Shown here: positions 1 to 8,937 of the stretch, piece after piece | Layout of the letters: every line of letters starts with the position of its first letter | Position numbering within the stretch: position 1 is the first letter of the stretch | NCBI GenBank assembly: GCA_041655195.1 | Contig: JBBAFX010000001.1 | Span: 1 to 39,690, forward strand | Reading direction: 5' to 3' | Source: Trueperaceae bacterium | GTDB taxonomy: Bacteria > Deinococcota > Deinococci > Deinococcales > Trueperaceae | Length of the DNA stretch: 39,690 nucleotides | The notes under the pieces: model-generated | Database searches by the model: none | What the model saw: only the letters and a program-made list of their open reading frames with translations | Told to the model about the DNA's origin: nothing | Program-made: the position numbers and the translations under genes

Positions 1-384
1 GACCTCGCGGGCTAGCACCCACGCCGTGGTGCGGCCCAGCTCGCGGCTGGTCACGTCGATGGACACCGCCGGAGCCTGCAGCGGGCGGCGACTGCCAGCC
101 ACGAAGCGCACGCGCTCGGTGGCCGCCGTGCCGTCCGCACCGTCCTCCACGAGGATCAGCTCCGGTGTGCCGCTCTGCACCGTGCCGGCCACCAGCAGGG
201 TGGAGGACTGCTCCTCGCGTGTGCCCGTGCAGGCCGTCACTAGCAGCGTCAGCGCTGCTAACAGCAGCGGAACGAGGACGCGCGGTCGGCGTGGTCCACG
301 ATGGCGGGCTGTGCCGTCCGCGCTGGGCGCGTCGTTGTGGGTTACGTGGGCGGCGCGTCGACCGTCGATGTGGGCTGCATTCAT
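1..384 (-). CDS. putative lipoprotein, N-terminal 128 codons (gene runs off the left edge)
   Basis: Absent from the ORF track because no stop is reached. My translation of the minus strand from ATG 384..382 stays open to position 1: MNAAHIDGRRAAHVTHNDAPSADGTARHRGPRRPRVLVPLLLAALTLLVTACTGTREEQSSTLLVAGTVQSG... It has a basic n-region, a hydrophobic core and the lipobox LVTAC. The ATG overlaps the TGA of the upstream 974-aa gene (ATGA). Confidence 0.55.
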   Translation of the reverse strand, partial: MNAAHIDGRRAAHVTHNDAPSADGTARHRGPRRPRVLVPLLLAALTLLVTACTGTREEQSSTLLVAGTVQSGTPELILVEDGADGTAATERVRFVAGSRRPLQAPAVSIDVTSRELGRTTAWVLAREV

Positions 385-3305
385 GGCTGCCTCCGCGGGA
401 TGATCCATCCCGTGTCGAAGATATGTCCGATGCCCTGGTCGGCGCCGGGGGTGGTGAGGGTAATGGCAATGGCGCCGTTGCGGCTGTTCCACGAGCCGTA
501 CAGCGCCCAGCAGCAGCGGTTCCACGCCACCACGAAGGTGGGCTGCAAGTTGAAGGCGGGCTGACTGGCGTCGTTGCCGGTCAGGTCCCAAACGTCAGTT
601 ATGACCGCGCCCACATAGAGCGTGTCGAGCGGCCTCACGATCAGCGCCACCTGCTGCAGGCTCAGCCGGCCGCTGACCACCTCCCCGGCCGACTGCGAGT
701 AGAGGCCGCTGTAGCCGAGGGTGCCCTGCAGGCCGACCCTGTCGTACACGTCGACGCCGAAGCGCAGGTTCGCGCGGCGCAGGTACGTGTCCGGCTGCGC
801 GTCGTCCGCCCACATGAGCTCAGCGAAGCCGTCCACGCTGAACCGCACCGGCCCCACGGCCTGATCCGTGAGCAGCATGCGGCCCGTCAGTTGCGAGTTG
901 CGGTACCCGTAAGTGCTCAACCCGCTACCCAGGCTTGGGTCGAGCCGCGTGCTGTACCTCACCTGCCAGCTGGGGTTGCCGCGGTCGGGCGCCTCCTCCA
1001 GCGTGAACGAGAGGTTCCGGGCGTACGGCGCGGGTTGCGGCAGGTCCAGCCAACCGGTGGGTAGCCACATGAGACCGTCGGCCTGCACCGCCGCCACGCC
1101 CGGCCACGCTAGGCGCAATTGGCTGCGCGCCAGCTGCCCCGTGGGTAGGGAGAGGCGCTGCAGCGCGTCGAACTGGAGCGGCCCGAAAGTGGCCGCGGCC
1201 GCTACTTCGAAGGCGCTGACCCGGCCCCGGTCCAGGTCGTACCCGTAAGTGAGGGCCAAGCCGGGCACGCGGTCGTCGTGCCGCAGCGTGCCGAGGGTCA
1301 AGCGCAAGTTCAGGTCGTCCCAATGGTCGACCGGCTCGCCCGCTTCCGGCGGTAGGGGGTGGTAACGGTAAGCGGTCTCCACCGACAGCTCCACCACGTT
1401 AGTGACGCCGGCCGCCGCCTTGACGCCGCTGCTGGTGGTGTCCACCAGCACGCCCGTCAGGCGGTCGGGCCTGACCGACAGGTCCTGCGAGTGGCGCAGC
1501 TCGAGCTGCGCGTACAGGCGGCCGCGAGAGCGCAGGTCGAGAGTGGCGTCGAGGGTGCCCGGGTCGCCCGTCTTGGGGTCGTACTCGTTGCGCAGCGTGA
1601 GGCTTATCCAGTCGAGGTTGTTGAGCAGGGTGGCGGTACTAACCAGGGGTAGCCAGCCCACCTCGCTCGGGTTGCGGTCGTCGAAGAAGACGTAGCCGCC
1701 GCTCTGCTCGAAGCGCAGCCAGGGCGCCGGGTCGAGCCGCAGCTGGCTGCGGAGGTCGGTGCGGCTGCGGTAGGGGAGGAGATCGAAACGGAACGGGGTC
1801 TCGCCCTCACGCACGTCGCGAGTGAACGTGAGCGACAGGTTGCCCAGGCTGCCGAAGCGCTGCGTGCCGATAACGCGGCTCAACCACTCCACCTGCCGCT
1901 CGGCGGTTGAGTAGTAGTAGCCGGTGAAGTCGGTGCGGCCCTCCAGGCTGAAACCGTTCCAGAGCGGCACGGGCGTTAGCGTGATGGTGTGGCCCTCCAC
2001 CACCCTGCCCGCCGTCTGCGTGGGGTTCACCGCGGCGGAACGGTTGAGGCTGTTGCTTACGTCCTGGAACGCGCCCAGGTCGAGCATGAAGCGCTCGAGC
2101 CGGAAGACGCCCAGGTTCAGCGAGCGCACGTCTTCGGGCTCCAGCTGCAGGCGGCTGAACGTTTGCAGGGGCACGTTGCGGCCCGCGTAGCTCGGGCTGC
2201 GCAGCAGGCCGCCCGGCTCCAGGTCTAGATAGACCTGGCTCGAGTAGCGTCCGCGCCAGCCCTCTACCAGCGCCTCGTGCGTCAGCGTGGCTTCCCACAG
2301 GCGCGCCCTGCGCGCGTCGTTTCGTTCCACCAACAATGTCGTGCGCGGCGGCCCGAGCACCTCCTCGTCCGCGTACGCCAGGCGCACCTGGAAGAGCCGC
2401 TCCGTCACGCCCGTGGGGGTGGTGAACGACGGGGTGTAATCGACGGAGAAGCTCCCCTTGCCGGTGGGCGTGTAGAAGCGGTGCGATAGGAAGCCGCCCA
2501 CGTAACTGCGGAGCACCGCGCCGCCGAGTAGGAAGTCGCCCACCCCGGAACCGCCAGGCTGCACGTCCGCGTAGTAGCGCACGCCTACGTCCCCGTAAGA
2601 GTCTGGCCCCATGACGTAAGGCCAGCTGAGGGTAATGCGGGCGCGCTCGGTGGCGGTGCCCGTTACGTACTCCAGGCGCGGCAGGCGGTCCTGCGGCCCG
2701 ATGGGCAGCACCATGATCGGCAGGGTCAGCACTGCCGCGGCCCGCACCAGCACGGTCACCTCGTACGCCACGATCCTGTCGCCGGGGTAGATCTCGAGCG
2801 TCTCGGCCTCGAAGCCGTAATCCTCGATGTCCTGCCCGCAGCGCGTGCATGGGCTGAACTGGCCCATGGCGACGCGGATCAGGCCGGGCACGCGGCTGGC
2901 GCGGTCGCCCTTCACGGAGATGGCGTCGGAGATTATGAGCACGTCGTCGCCAGCGAAGCTCTCGTCGCGCAGGTCTATGACCAGGTCGTGACCCTCCACC
3001 ACCTCGTCACCGGCCGTGTAGCGCCCGAAGCCTATGACGCGCACCAGGCGGTTCTCGAGGTCGACCTCCACGTGCGTGGCCTCCAGCACGGAGTCGTCTA
3101 TGGTCACCCGCAGCGTCTCGCCCTGCAGCACGTAAAGTTGCACCTCGGTGCCATCAGGGAGCGTGATGGTGCGGATCTCTAACCGGCTGTCGGGGTCGCC
3201 GCCGGCGTCTATGCCTATACGGGCCGCGAACGAAGCCGAACCCAGCAGCAGCGCGGCCAGGATCAGGAGCCTCGCCGACCACCAGTGGGCGCGGCGCCGC
3301 GCCAC
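381..3305 (-). CDS. large secreted outer-membrane beta-barrel candidate, OstA/LptD-like by architecture and context
   Basis: 974-aa ORF with a GTG start 1 nt after the stop of the upstream permease. Signal peptide: MARRRAHWWSARLLILAALLLGSASFA. The N-terminal ~150 aa show alternating beta-strand patterns consistent with an OstA-type jellyroll. The remainder is rich in Gly, Tyr, Trp and alternating hydrophobic residues, as in outer-membrane barrels. The functional call is not verified by a profile search. Confidence 0.6.
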   Translation of the reverse strand: MARRRAHWWSARLLILAALLLGSASFAARIGIDAGGDPDSRLEIRTITLPDGTEVQLYVLQGETLRVTIDDSVLEATHVEVDLENRLVRVIGFGRYTAGDEVVEGHDLVIDLRDESFAGDDVLIISDAISVKGDRASRVPGLIRVAMGQFSPCTRCGQDIEDYGFEAETLEIYPGDRIVAYEVTVLVRAAAVLTLPIMVLPIGPQDRLPRLEYVTGTATERARITLSWPYVMGPDSYGDVGVRYYADVQPGGSGVGDFLLGGAVLRSYVGGFLSHRFYTPTGKGSFSVDYTPSFTTPTGVTERLFQVRLAYADEEVLGPPRTTLLVERNDARRARLWEATLTHEALVEGWRGRYSSQVYLDLEPGGLLRSPSYAGRNVPLQTFSRLQLEPEDVRSLNLGVFRLERFMLDLGAFQDVSNSLNRSAAVNPTQTAGRVVEGHTITLTPVPLWNGFSLEGRTDFTGYYYSTAERQVEWLSRVIGTQRFGSLGNLSLTFTRDVREGETPFRFDLLPYRSRTDLRSQLRLDPAPWLRFEQSGGYVFFDDRNPSEVGWLPLVSTATLLNNLDWISLTLRNEYDPKTGDPGTLDATLDLRSRGRLYAQLELRHSQDLSVRPDRLTGVLVDTTSSGVKAAAGVTNVVELSVETAYRYHPLPPEAGEPVDHWDDLNLRLTLGTLRHDDRVPGLALTYGYDLDRGRVSAFEVAAAATFGPLQFDALQRLSLPTGQLARSQLRLAWPGVAAVQADGLMWLPTGWLDLPQPAPYARNLSFTLEEAPDRGNPSWQVRYSTRLDPSLGSGLSTYGYRNSQLTGRMLLTDQAVGPVRFSVDGFAELMWADDAQPDTYLRRANLRFGVDVYDRVGLQGTLGYSGLYSQSAGEVVSGRLSLQQVALIVRPLDTLYVGAVITDVWDLTGNDASQPAFNLQPTFVVAWNRCCWALYGSWNSRNGAIAITLTTPGADQGIGHIFDTGWIIPRRQP

Positions 3306-3306
3306 G

Positions 3307-4377
3307 TCAGCGTCTCCAGACCAGCGCTAGCAGGCCACCGCCAGCCACCAGGTAAAGCACCACCGGCAGCCAGCCCGCCACGAACGCGGGCAGCGTGCCC
3401 TGCGCGCCCATGAGCTTGCTGACGCTCCAGGTGGCGTAGTACACGAACGTTAGCAGCAGCACCGCCACGAAGCCGAGCTGCGCGCCGCGCCTGAACGTGA
3501 AGAGCCCCACCGCCGCGGCGAAGAGCGCGAACGCGGTGGCCGCTAGCGGCTCCGCCAGCTTGCGGTGCAGGGCTGTCCACTCGGCCGGTTTAGGGGTCGA
3601 CGGGTCGATCCGTAAGCGCGTTAGCAGCTGCCGGAGCGGCAGGTAAGCCAGGTCGGTGGCAGAGGGGGTGCGCGCCGTTAGGCCCCGCACGGGCAGCGTG
3701 GCGCTCTCGGCCTGGAAGTCGAGCGTGAGGCGGGCGTCGCGCAGCACCCTGAAGCCGATGGTTTCGAGGTGCCACACGCCGGCCTCATGGTCCGGGGTGC
3801 CCACCTCGGCCTGCAACAGCTCGCGCGGGCCTGCGGCGGAGCCTGGCGTTATGACGGTCACGTCGCGGAACACGCCGTCCGGGGTCACCTCGCCGATGAA
3901 GATGCTCCTCCCCAGAGCGTCCTCGAAGAAGGCGCCCTGCTGCACGATGGTCTCCGGGGAGATGAGGAGGATGTCGCGCTCGACCTCCGCGGCGCGGTCC
4001 TCGCTCCACGGCACCACCAGTTCGTTGTTGAGGAGCGCCACTGCGCTGACCGCCAGCCCGAGCGCCAACAGGGGCATGACGAAGCGCTTGGGTCCCACGC
4101 CCGCTAGGAGCGCGGCCTTGATCTCGCCGTCCTGCCCCAGCCGGGTGAGGGTGAGGAGCGCCGCGAACAGCAGCGCTAGGGGCAGCCCTGGGCCTATGGC
4201 GCTGGGCAGCTTGAACAGCAGGTAGCGCGCCACCAGCGCCACGGGGGCGCCGCGCGCCAGCACGTCTGCCAGCACGTCGAGCAGGAAGTAGAGGAGCAGG
4301 AGCAACACCAGCGTCACGAGGCCGGCAGCGAGGAGCGGCAGGGTCTCGCGTATCAGGTAGCGGCCCCAGCGCGTCAT
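3307..4377 (-). CDS. LptF/LptG (YjgP/YjgQ) family permease
   Basis: The N-terminus MTRWGRYLIRETLPLLAAGLVTLVLL is typical of the family. There are three N-terminal TM helices, a periplasmic beta-domain and three C-terminal TM helices. ATG 4377 overlaps the upstream TGA (ATGA). The track ORF extends to an alternative GTG at 4395. Confidence 0.85.
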   Translation of the reverse strand: MTRWGRYLIRETLPLLAAGLVTLVLLLLLYFLLDVLADVLARGAPVALVARYLLFKLPSAIGPGLPLALLFAALLTLTRLGQDGEIKAALLAGVGPKRFVMPLLALGLAVSAVALLNNELVVPWSEDRAAEVERDILLISPETIVQQGAFFEDALGRSIFIGEVTPDGVFRDVTVITPGSAAGPRELLQAEVGTPDHEAGVWHLETIGFRVLRDARLTLDFQAESATLPVRGLTARTPSATDLAYLPLRQLLTRLRIDPSTPKPAEWTALHRKLAEPLAATAFALFAAAVGLFTFRRGAQLGFVAVLLLTFVYYATWSVSKLMGAQGTLPAFVAGWLPVVLYLVAGGGLLALVWRR

Positions 4378-5435
4378 GAGGAGAGCGTCCTCCACGCCAA
4401 GAACGCGGCGCCCACGCCAGCGAGTCCGGGGGTGAGCCAGGCGGCCAGTACGGGCTGAACGGCGCCGGACTCGAAGAGGTTACCGGCGAGCACCCACAAC
4501 GCCCAGAAGCCCACCAGGAGCACGATGGTCCAGGCGAAGCCGGCGGCGCGCCCCCGCACGCGCAGCGCGATGGCGCCCGCGAAGGTGGCGAAGATGGCCG
4601 CGCTGAAGGCGTCGGCCAGGCGGCGGTGCAGGCTGAAGGTCAGTTCGGTGGCGTCGCCGCCCGCGGCTCTGACTATGCGGAGCTGCTCGATGAGCCGGCC
4701 GAGCGGCAGTTGCGCGGGGCGCGCCAGCGTGTCGGACGGGGTGGTCTCGAGCAGGAAGGGCACGGTGGCCTGGTCGCTGGTCGTGGGCGCTTCGCCTGGG
4801 CGGCTGGTCTGAACGCGGTGCAGGGTCCAGGTGCGCGCGTCCGAGTCCCAGCTGCCGGTGGGCGCGGTGGACAGGGTGCCGTCCTGCAGCAGTACGAGCA
4901 CGCCCTCTAGGTTCGCTACGGTCGGGTCGCCGTCCACGGTGCGGACGCGGGAGGCGAAGAACACGTCGCCCGCTATCTGGTAGGCGGCGTTCAACTGCAG
5001 GGCGGCTGGCGGCCGCGCGTAGATGAAGGCGTCTATTCGGCGCTGGTACGCCTCCTCGCCTTTGGGTTCCAGGAAGCCGTTGTTGAGGAGCGTGAGCACG
5101 CCGACCACCAGGCCGAAGAAGACGAGCGGCGTGAGCAGCGCGCGGGGCGGCACGCCCAGCGAGTACGCCGCTTTGAGTTCCGAGTCTTTGGCCCAGCGCC
5201 CGCCTGTGAGCAGGATGGCGAACACGACGCCTACGGGCAGCGCCAGGTGCAGGAACCACGGTAGCCGGTAGAGCAGGAGTAGTAGCACGTCTCTTATGGA
5301 CGCGCCCTGTTCTATGAGGAACCGCGCGAGCACGCTGAGCTGGTCTATGGAGAGCAGAAGACAGATGGCGCCGACCCCTAGCGGATAGAGGCCGGCCGTC
5401 TCTCTTAACAGCGCGCGGGGCAGGCGTTTCGGCAC
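4374..5435 (-). CDS. LptF/LptG (YjgP/YjgQ) family permease
   Basis: 353 aa with a GTG start. N-terminus MPKRLPRALLRETAGLYPLGVGAICLLL. Same 3+3 TM topology with a central soluble domain. It pairs with the downstream paralogue as in lptF-lptG. Confidence 0.85.
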   Translation of the reverse strand: MPKRLPRALLRETAGLYPLGVGAICLLLSIDQLSVLARFLIEQGASIRDVLLLLLYRLPWFLHLALPVGVVFAILLTGGRWAKDSELKAAYSLGVPPRALLTPLVFFGLVVGVLTLLNNGFLEPKGEEAYQRRIDAFIYARPPAALQLNAAYQIAGDVFFASRVRTVDGDPTVANLEGVLVLLQDGTLSTAPTGSWDSDARTWTLHRVQTSRPGEAPTTSDQATVPFLLETTPSDTLARPAQLPLGRLIEQLRIVRAAGGDATELTFSLHRRLADAFSAAIFATFAGAIALRVRGRAAGFAWTIVLLVGFWALWVLAGNLFESGAVQPVLAAWLTPGLAGVGAAFLAWRTLSS

Positions 5436-5551
5436 TGGCGCAGTATACCGGCCGCTCGTGGGAGGACTCTGGCGGATGCGCGTGCTGGCCGCTAATCCGC
5501 ACAGGCGGGAGGTAGTTTCGCCCCATCGCCCCGCCGGCCGTCGGGGGTACG

Positions 5552-6406
5552 ATGTCGGGCGTGACGGGTACCCTTGGGCTCTTCTCGCTGGTGGACCTCT
5601 TCCAGCTCCTGGCGGCTGCCCGCCGGACTGGGCGGCTCACGATCGAGCATCCGGTCACCGGCGCGCGCATCTACTTCGACAGGGGGCAGGTGGTGCACGC
5701 CGAGTTCGGCGAGCTCGCCGGCGAGGACGCCATCTATACGCTGTTCGCCGACGAGCGGGGCGCTTTCGAGTTCCGTTTGGGCCTCCCCAGCCCAGCCAAG
5801 ACCATCGCTGTGGGCACCGAGAACCTCGTGCTCGAGGCCATGCGCCGGCTTGACGAGGTGAATAAGGGCATGACGCCGCGGCCCGGGGTGGCTGGCTCAG
5901 GCGGCATAACGGTGTCGTCCGAGGCCGTTCCGGCGGTGCCGGAAGTGGTGGAGGGCGAGCAGCGCGAGTTCGCACTGAACCCCGAGGAGCTGGCGGTCAT
6001 GAGCCAGGTCGACGGCCACCGCACGGTCAGCCGCATAGCCGCTAACTTGGGCCTAGAGATGGACGCCGTGCGCGTGGTGTGTGAGCGCCTGGTGCGCACC
6101 GGTGTCCTGAAGCTGCAGAACCGGCGGGCGCGCACCGCGCGGCTCGTGACCAGGCTCACCCGTAAGCGCTTGGCGCCGCTGGTGGTGGGCGTGGACGTCA
6201 GCATCCTGAACGCGTGGGAGAACGTGCTGGGCGCGCCGGTGGAGGAGGTGGCGTGCCGCCGCGACAACGGTAGCGTGCTGCTCTTCCAGGTGGCGCCCAT
6301 GGAGGGCATCGGCCCGTACCTAGAACTCAGCCGCGACACGCTCGTGCGCTCGAACCTCCGCGTGGAGCAGACGCTCCTCGTGCGCCCCATAACGGACCCA
6401 ACTTGA
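5552..6406 (+). CDS. DUF4388 (PatA-N-like) domain protein
   Basis: The N-terminus GTLGLFSLVDLFQLLAAARRTGRLTIEHPVTGARIYFDRGQVVHAEFGELAGEDAIYTLF matches the DUF4388 hallmark G.L....L.DLLQ.L.....TG.L.......G.I.F..G.IV.A. The antisense ORF 5734..6492 is Ser/Thr/Arg-rich and looks like a shadow ORF. Confidence 0.8.
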   Translation: MSGVTGTLGLFSLVDLFQLLAAARRTGRLTIEHPVTGARIYFDRGQVVHAEFGELAGEDAIYTLFADERGAFEFRLGLPSPAKTIAVGTENLVLEAMRRLDEVNKGMTPRPGVAGSGGITVSSEAVPAVPEVVEGEQREFALNPEELAVMSQVDGHRTVSRIAANLGLEMDAVRVVCERLVRTGVLKLQNRRARTARLVTRLTRKRLAPLVVGVDVSILNAWENVLGAPVEEVACRRDNGSVLLFQVAPMEGIGPYLELSRDTLVRSNLRVEQTLLVRPITDPT

Positions 6407-7401
6407 ACACACCAATAATGACTAACGAGGCCGGCGCCGGGCCGCTGCTCAGGTGGCGCACGCTGCCTTACCCCACCGATTGGTCGGACCACTTCGGGGC
6501 GGAGGGCCCCCTGGTGGTGGAGGTCGGTTTCGGCGACGGCCGCTTCACGGTCAGGCGCGCGCTGGCCGAACCCAACAGCCGCTTCGTTGGCCTCGAGGTC
6601 TCCTCCGGTAGCCTGCAGCGGGCGCTGCGCCGCGTGAAACGCTCAGGCGTACAAAACGTGCGGCTCATCAAGTCCGGCGCCCAGGTGGCGCTCAGGCAAC
6701 TGTTCGCCCCAGGCAGCGTGGACGTGGTGGTGGTCAACTTCCCCTGCCCCTGGCCCAAAGAGAAGCACGCCCGCCACCGACTGCTGCAGCGCAGCTTCTT
6801 CGCGCTGGCTGGCTCGCGCCTGAAGCCTGGCGGCGAACTGCGTTTAGCCACCGACCACCCCGAGTACCTGGAGTTCGCGCTGGCTGAGGCTGAGGCGTCT
6901 GGCCTGTACGCGGCCACGCGGCCCGAAGCGCCGGCCGACGTGTTCGAGACGAAGTACGCCCTAAAATGGCGGGACCAGGGGAAGCCCCTGCACTACGTGG
7001 TGTTCCGCCGCAACGACCGCCCGGCGCCTACGACGCCCACCTGGGAGAGACCCGAGACCATGCCCCACGCACTGCTACGCGGCCGCCTGCCTCAGGGCGC
7101 CACCTTCGAGAAGGTCGTCCTGCCGTACGGCGACGGCCACGTCATACTCCACGAGCTGGCCACCGTGTTGGCTGGTGAGGAGGGCGCTGGCCGCTGGCTG
7201 ATCAGGTCCACGGTCGACGAACCCGACCTCAGACAACAGCTGTTGGTGGTGGCGCAGCAGCGGGCCGCGGACGAGGTCATAGTGCGCCTCGAAACGTTCG
7301 GCGACCCGCTCATAACCCCAACCACGCGGGGCGCCGTTAAGGCCGTGACCGACTGGCTCGAAACCAGCACCGACCTTGAGGTGGCGGCCCGCAACTACTA
7401 G
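6403..7401 (+). CDS. trmB: tRNA (guanine46-N7)-methyltransferase with a long C-terminal extension
   Basis: SAM-methyltransferase motifs VEVGFGDGRF, FVGLEV and VVVNFPCPWPKEKHARHRLL, then LRLATDHPEY. A TTG at 6403 overlaps the upstream stop (TTGA). An alternative ATG lies at 6418. Confidence 0.9.
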   Translation: MNTPIMTNEAGAGPLLRWRTLPYPTDWSDHFGAEGPLVVEVGFGDGRFTVRRALAEPNSRFVGLEVSSGSLQRALRRVKRSGVQNVRLIKSGAQVALRQLFAPGSVDVVVVNFPCPWPKEKHARHRLLQRSFFALAGSRLKPGGELRLATDHPEYLEFALAEAEASGLYAATRPEAPADVFETKYALKWRDQGKPLHYVVFRRNDRPAPTTPTWERPETMPHALLRGRLPQGATFEKVVLPYGDGHVILHELATVLAGEEGAGRWLIRSTVDEPDLRQQLLVVAQQRAADEVIVRLETFGDPLITPTTRGAVKAVTDWLETSTDLEVAARNY

Positions 7402-7482
7402 CGGGCGCGCTGCGCCAAGCCGCGCAGCACGAGGCCGCCCACCACGAAGCCGCCCGCAACTACTACCTAGGAGGCAGATCGC

Positions 7483-8067
7483 ATGGCCGCAACCGAGCTA
7501 CCCACCGCCGGGGCGGTCGCCACGTGGCGGGCCGCCAAGGACGACTACCTGAAGAACCACCGCACCTCCCCGCTGTACGGCGACGACAGCTTCGGGGGCC
7601 TCGCCTACTACCCGGAGACCAGCCAGTTCCGGGTCGCCGCGCAATTAGAGCGCACCGCCGACGCCGAGCCGGTCCTACTGGCCACCAGCACAGGCGACGA
7701 GCGCATGTACCTGCCTTACGGCGTGGCGCGCTTTCAGCTTGGCGGGCAGGACCAAAGCCTGGTTCTGTACGCCACGCCCGACGCTCCCGAAGGGCCGCGC
7801 CTCTTCGTGCCGTTCCGCGACGCCACGTCCGGCCCCGAGACATACGGCGCCGGGCGCTACCTGGAGTTCACCCTTGAGGACGAGGGCGCGGCCGGGCCGG
7901 TTACCCTCGACTTCAACTACGCCTACCACCCGTACTGCGCGTACGCGGAGGGTTACAGCTGCCCGTTCCCGCCCAGCAGCAACTGGCTCAGCCAGCCCGT
8001 GCGGGCGGGGGAGAAGCTGCCTGACACCGCGGACCCCGCCGGACCTGCCGAACGGTCAGGCGCGTGA
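7483..8067 (+). CDS. DUF1684 domain protein
   Basis: FVPFRDATSGPETYGAGRYLEF ... DFNYAYHPYCAY ... YSCPFPP is the conserved DUF1684 core. A GGAGG lies 8 nt upstream of the ATG. Confidence 0.85.
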   Translation: MAATELPTAGAVATWRAAKDDYLKNHRTSPLYGDDSFGGLAYYPETSQFRVAAQLERTADAEPVLLATSTGDERMYLPYGVARFQLGGQDQSLVLYATPDAPEGPRLFVPFRDATSGPETYGAGRYLEFTLEDEGAAGPVTLDFNYAYHPYCAYAEGYSCPFPPSSNWLSQPVRAGEKLPDTADPAGPAERSGA

Positions 8068-8858
8068 GGGCGCCGGCGCAGCCCGCGCGCAGCCAGCGCT
8101 ACTTCACGGACGACCTGGCGGTCCTCCACGGCTTCACACTGCGTAAGGGCGGGGTGAGTACAGAGCCATACGGCAGCCTCAACCTAGGTCTCAGCTCGGG
8201 CGACGAGCCTGACAAAGTGGAACGCAACCGCGACCTGCTGCTGAGCGAGCTGGGTTTCGAACGCGCTCAGGTGAGCGCCTTCCACCAGGTGCACGGCGAC
8301 CGGGTGTACACGGGCGGCCCCACCTGGTTCCACGAGAAGGCCGACGCGGCCGTGAGCGCCGACCCGAACGAGCTACTGGTGGTGAGCGTGGCGGACTGTT
8401 TACCCATGCTGTTTCACGATCCCGTCACTGGGGCGGTGGGCGCCGCGCACTGCGGCTGGCGCGGCACCGTGGCTGGCCTGGCCAGCACGGTAGTGCAGCG
8501 CATGGCCGCCGAGTTCGGCAGCGAACCCGCGGACCTGCGCGTGGTCATGGGCCCTGGCGTAGCTGGTGCCTGCTACCAGGTGGGCGCAGAGGTAGTGGAG
8601 CGCTTCGCGCTTGCCGGCTTCCCTGACCACGTGGCCTGGCCCGACGCGGAGACCGGTAAGTACCGGCTCGACATTAAGGCGGCTAACCGCTGGAGCCTGG
8701 AGCGCGCCGGCGTGACGCCAGGCAACGTGACCGATACGGGGCTCTGCACGCATTGCCACCCGGAGCGGTTCTACAGTTACCGCCGCGACGCCGGCGTGAC
8801 CGGCCGGCACTGGGCGTTCATCAGTGCCCGGCCAGCGCCCGGCCTGAACGGGCCGTGA
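8064..8858 (+). CDS. pgeF: peptidoglycan editing factor PgeF / YfiH (DUF152, laccase-domain) family
   Basis: Motifs HQVHGDRV, ADCLPMLFHDP, AAHCGWRGT and CTHCHPERFYSYRRD. The GTG start overlaps the upstream TGA (GTGA). Confidence 0.9.
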   Translation: MRAPAQPARSQRYFTDDLAVLHGFTLRKGGVSTEPYGSLNLGLSSGDEPDKVERNRDLLLSELGFERAQVSAFHQVHGDRVYTGGPTWFHEKADAAVSADPNELLVVSVADCLPMLFHDPVTGAVGAAHCGWRGTVAGLASTVVQRMAAEFGSEPADLRVVMGPGVAGACYQVGAEVVERFALAGFPDHVAWPDAETGKYRLDIKAANRWSLERAGVTPGNVTDTGLCTHCHPERFYSYRRDAGVTGRHWAFISARPAPGLNGP

Positions 8859-8937
8859 GGGGCGGCCCTGATAGCATACGGAGCATGTTCGAAGGCTCAG
8901 GCACAAAGGTCGGCTCCGCGGGTAGGGGCGTGCGGTC

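Noticed and set aside
4480-5670. Long alternative-frame and antisense ORFs. Examples: 4480..5670 (-), 396 aa; 1807..2850 (-); 11096..12253 (-); 30706..31833 (+); 33088..34506 (+); 34458..35483 (+); 35742..36899 (+).
   Set aside because: Their translations are dominated by Arg/Ala/Gly/Pro or His/Glu/Asp runs with no recognisable motifs. They lie entirely on top of genes with clear family signatures. This is the expected stop-codon-poor shadow of a GC-rich genome.
7409-7428. A 7-bp GC hairpin (gctgcgc-caagcc-gcgcagc) after trmB as a terminator.
   Set aside because: The stem is short, there is no T-tract, and such GC palindromes are frequent by chance in this composition. It is not listed as a feature.
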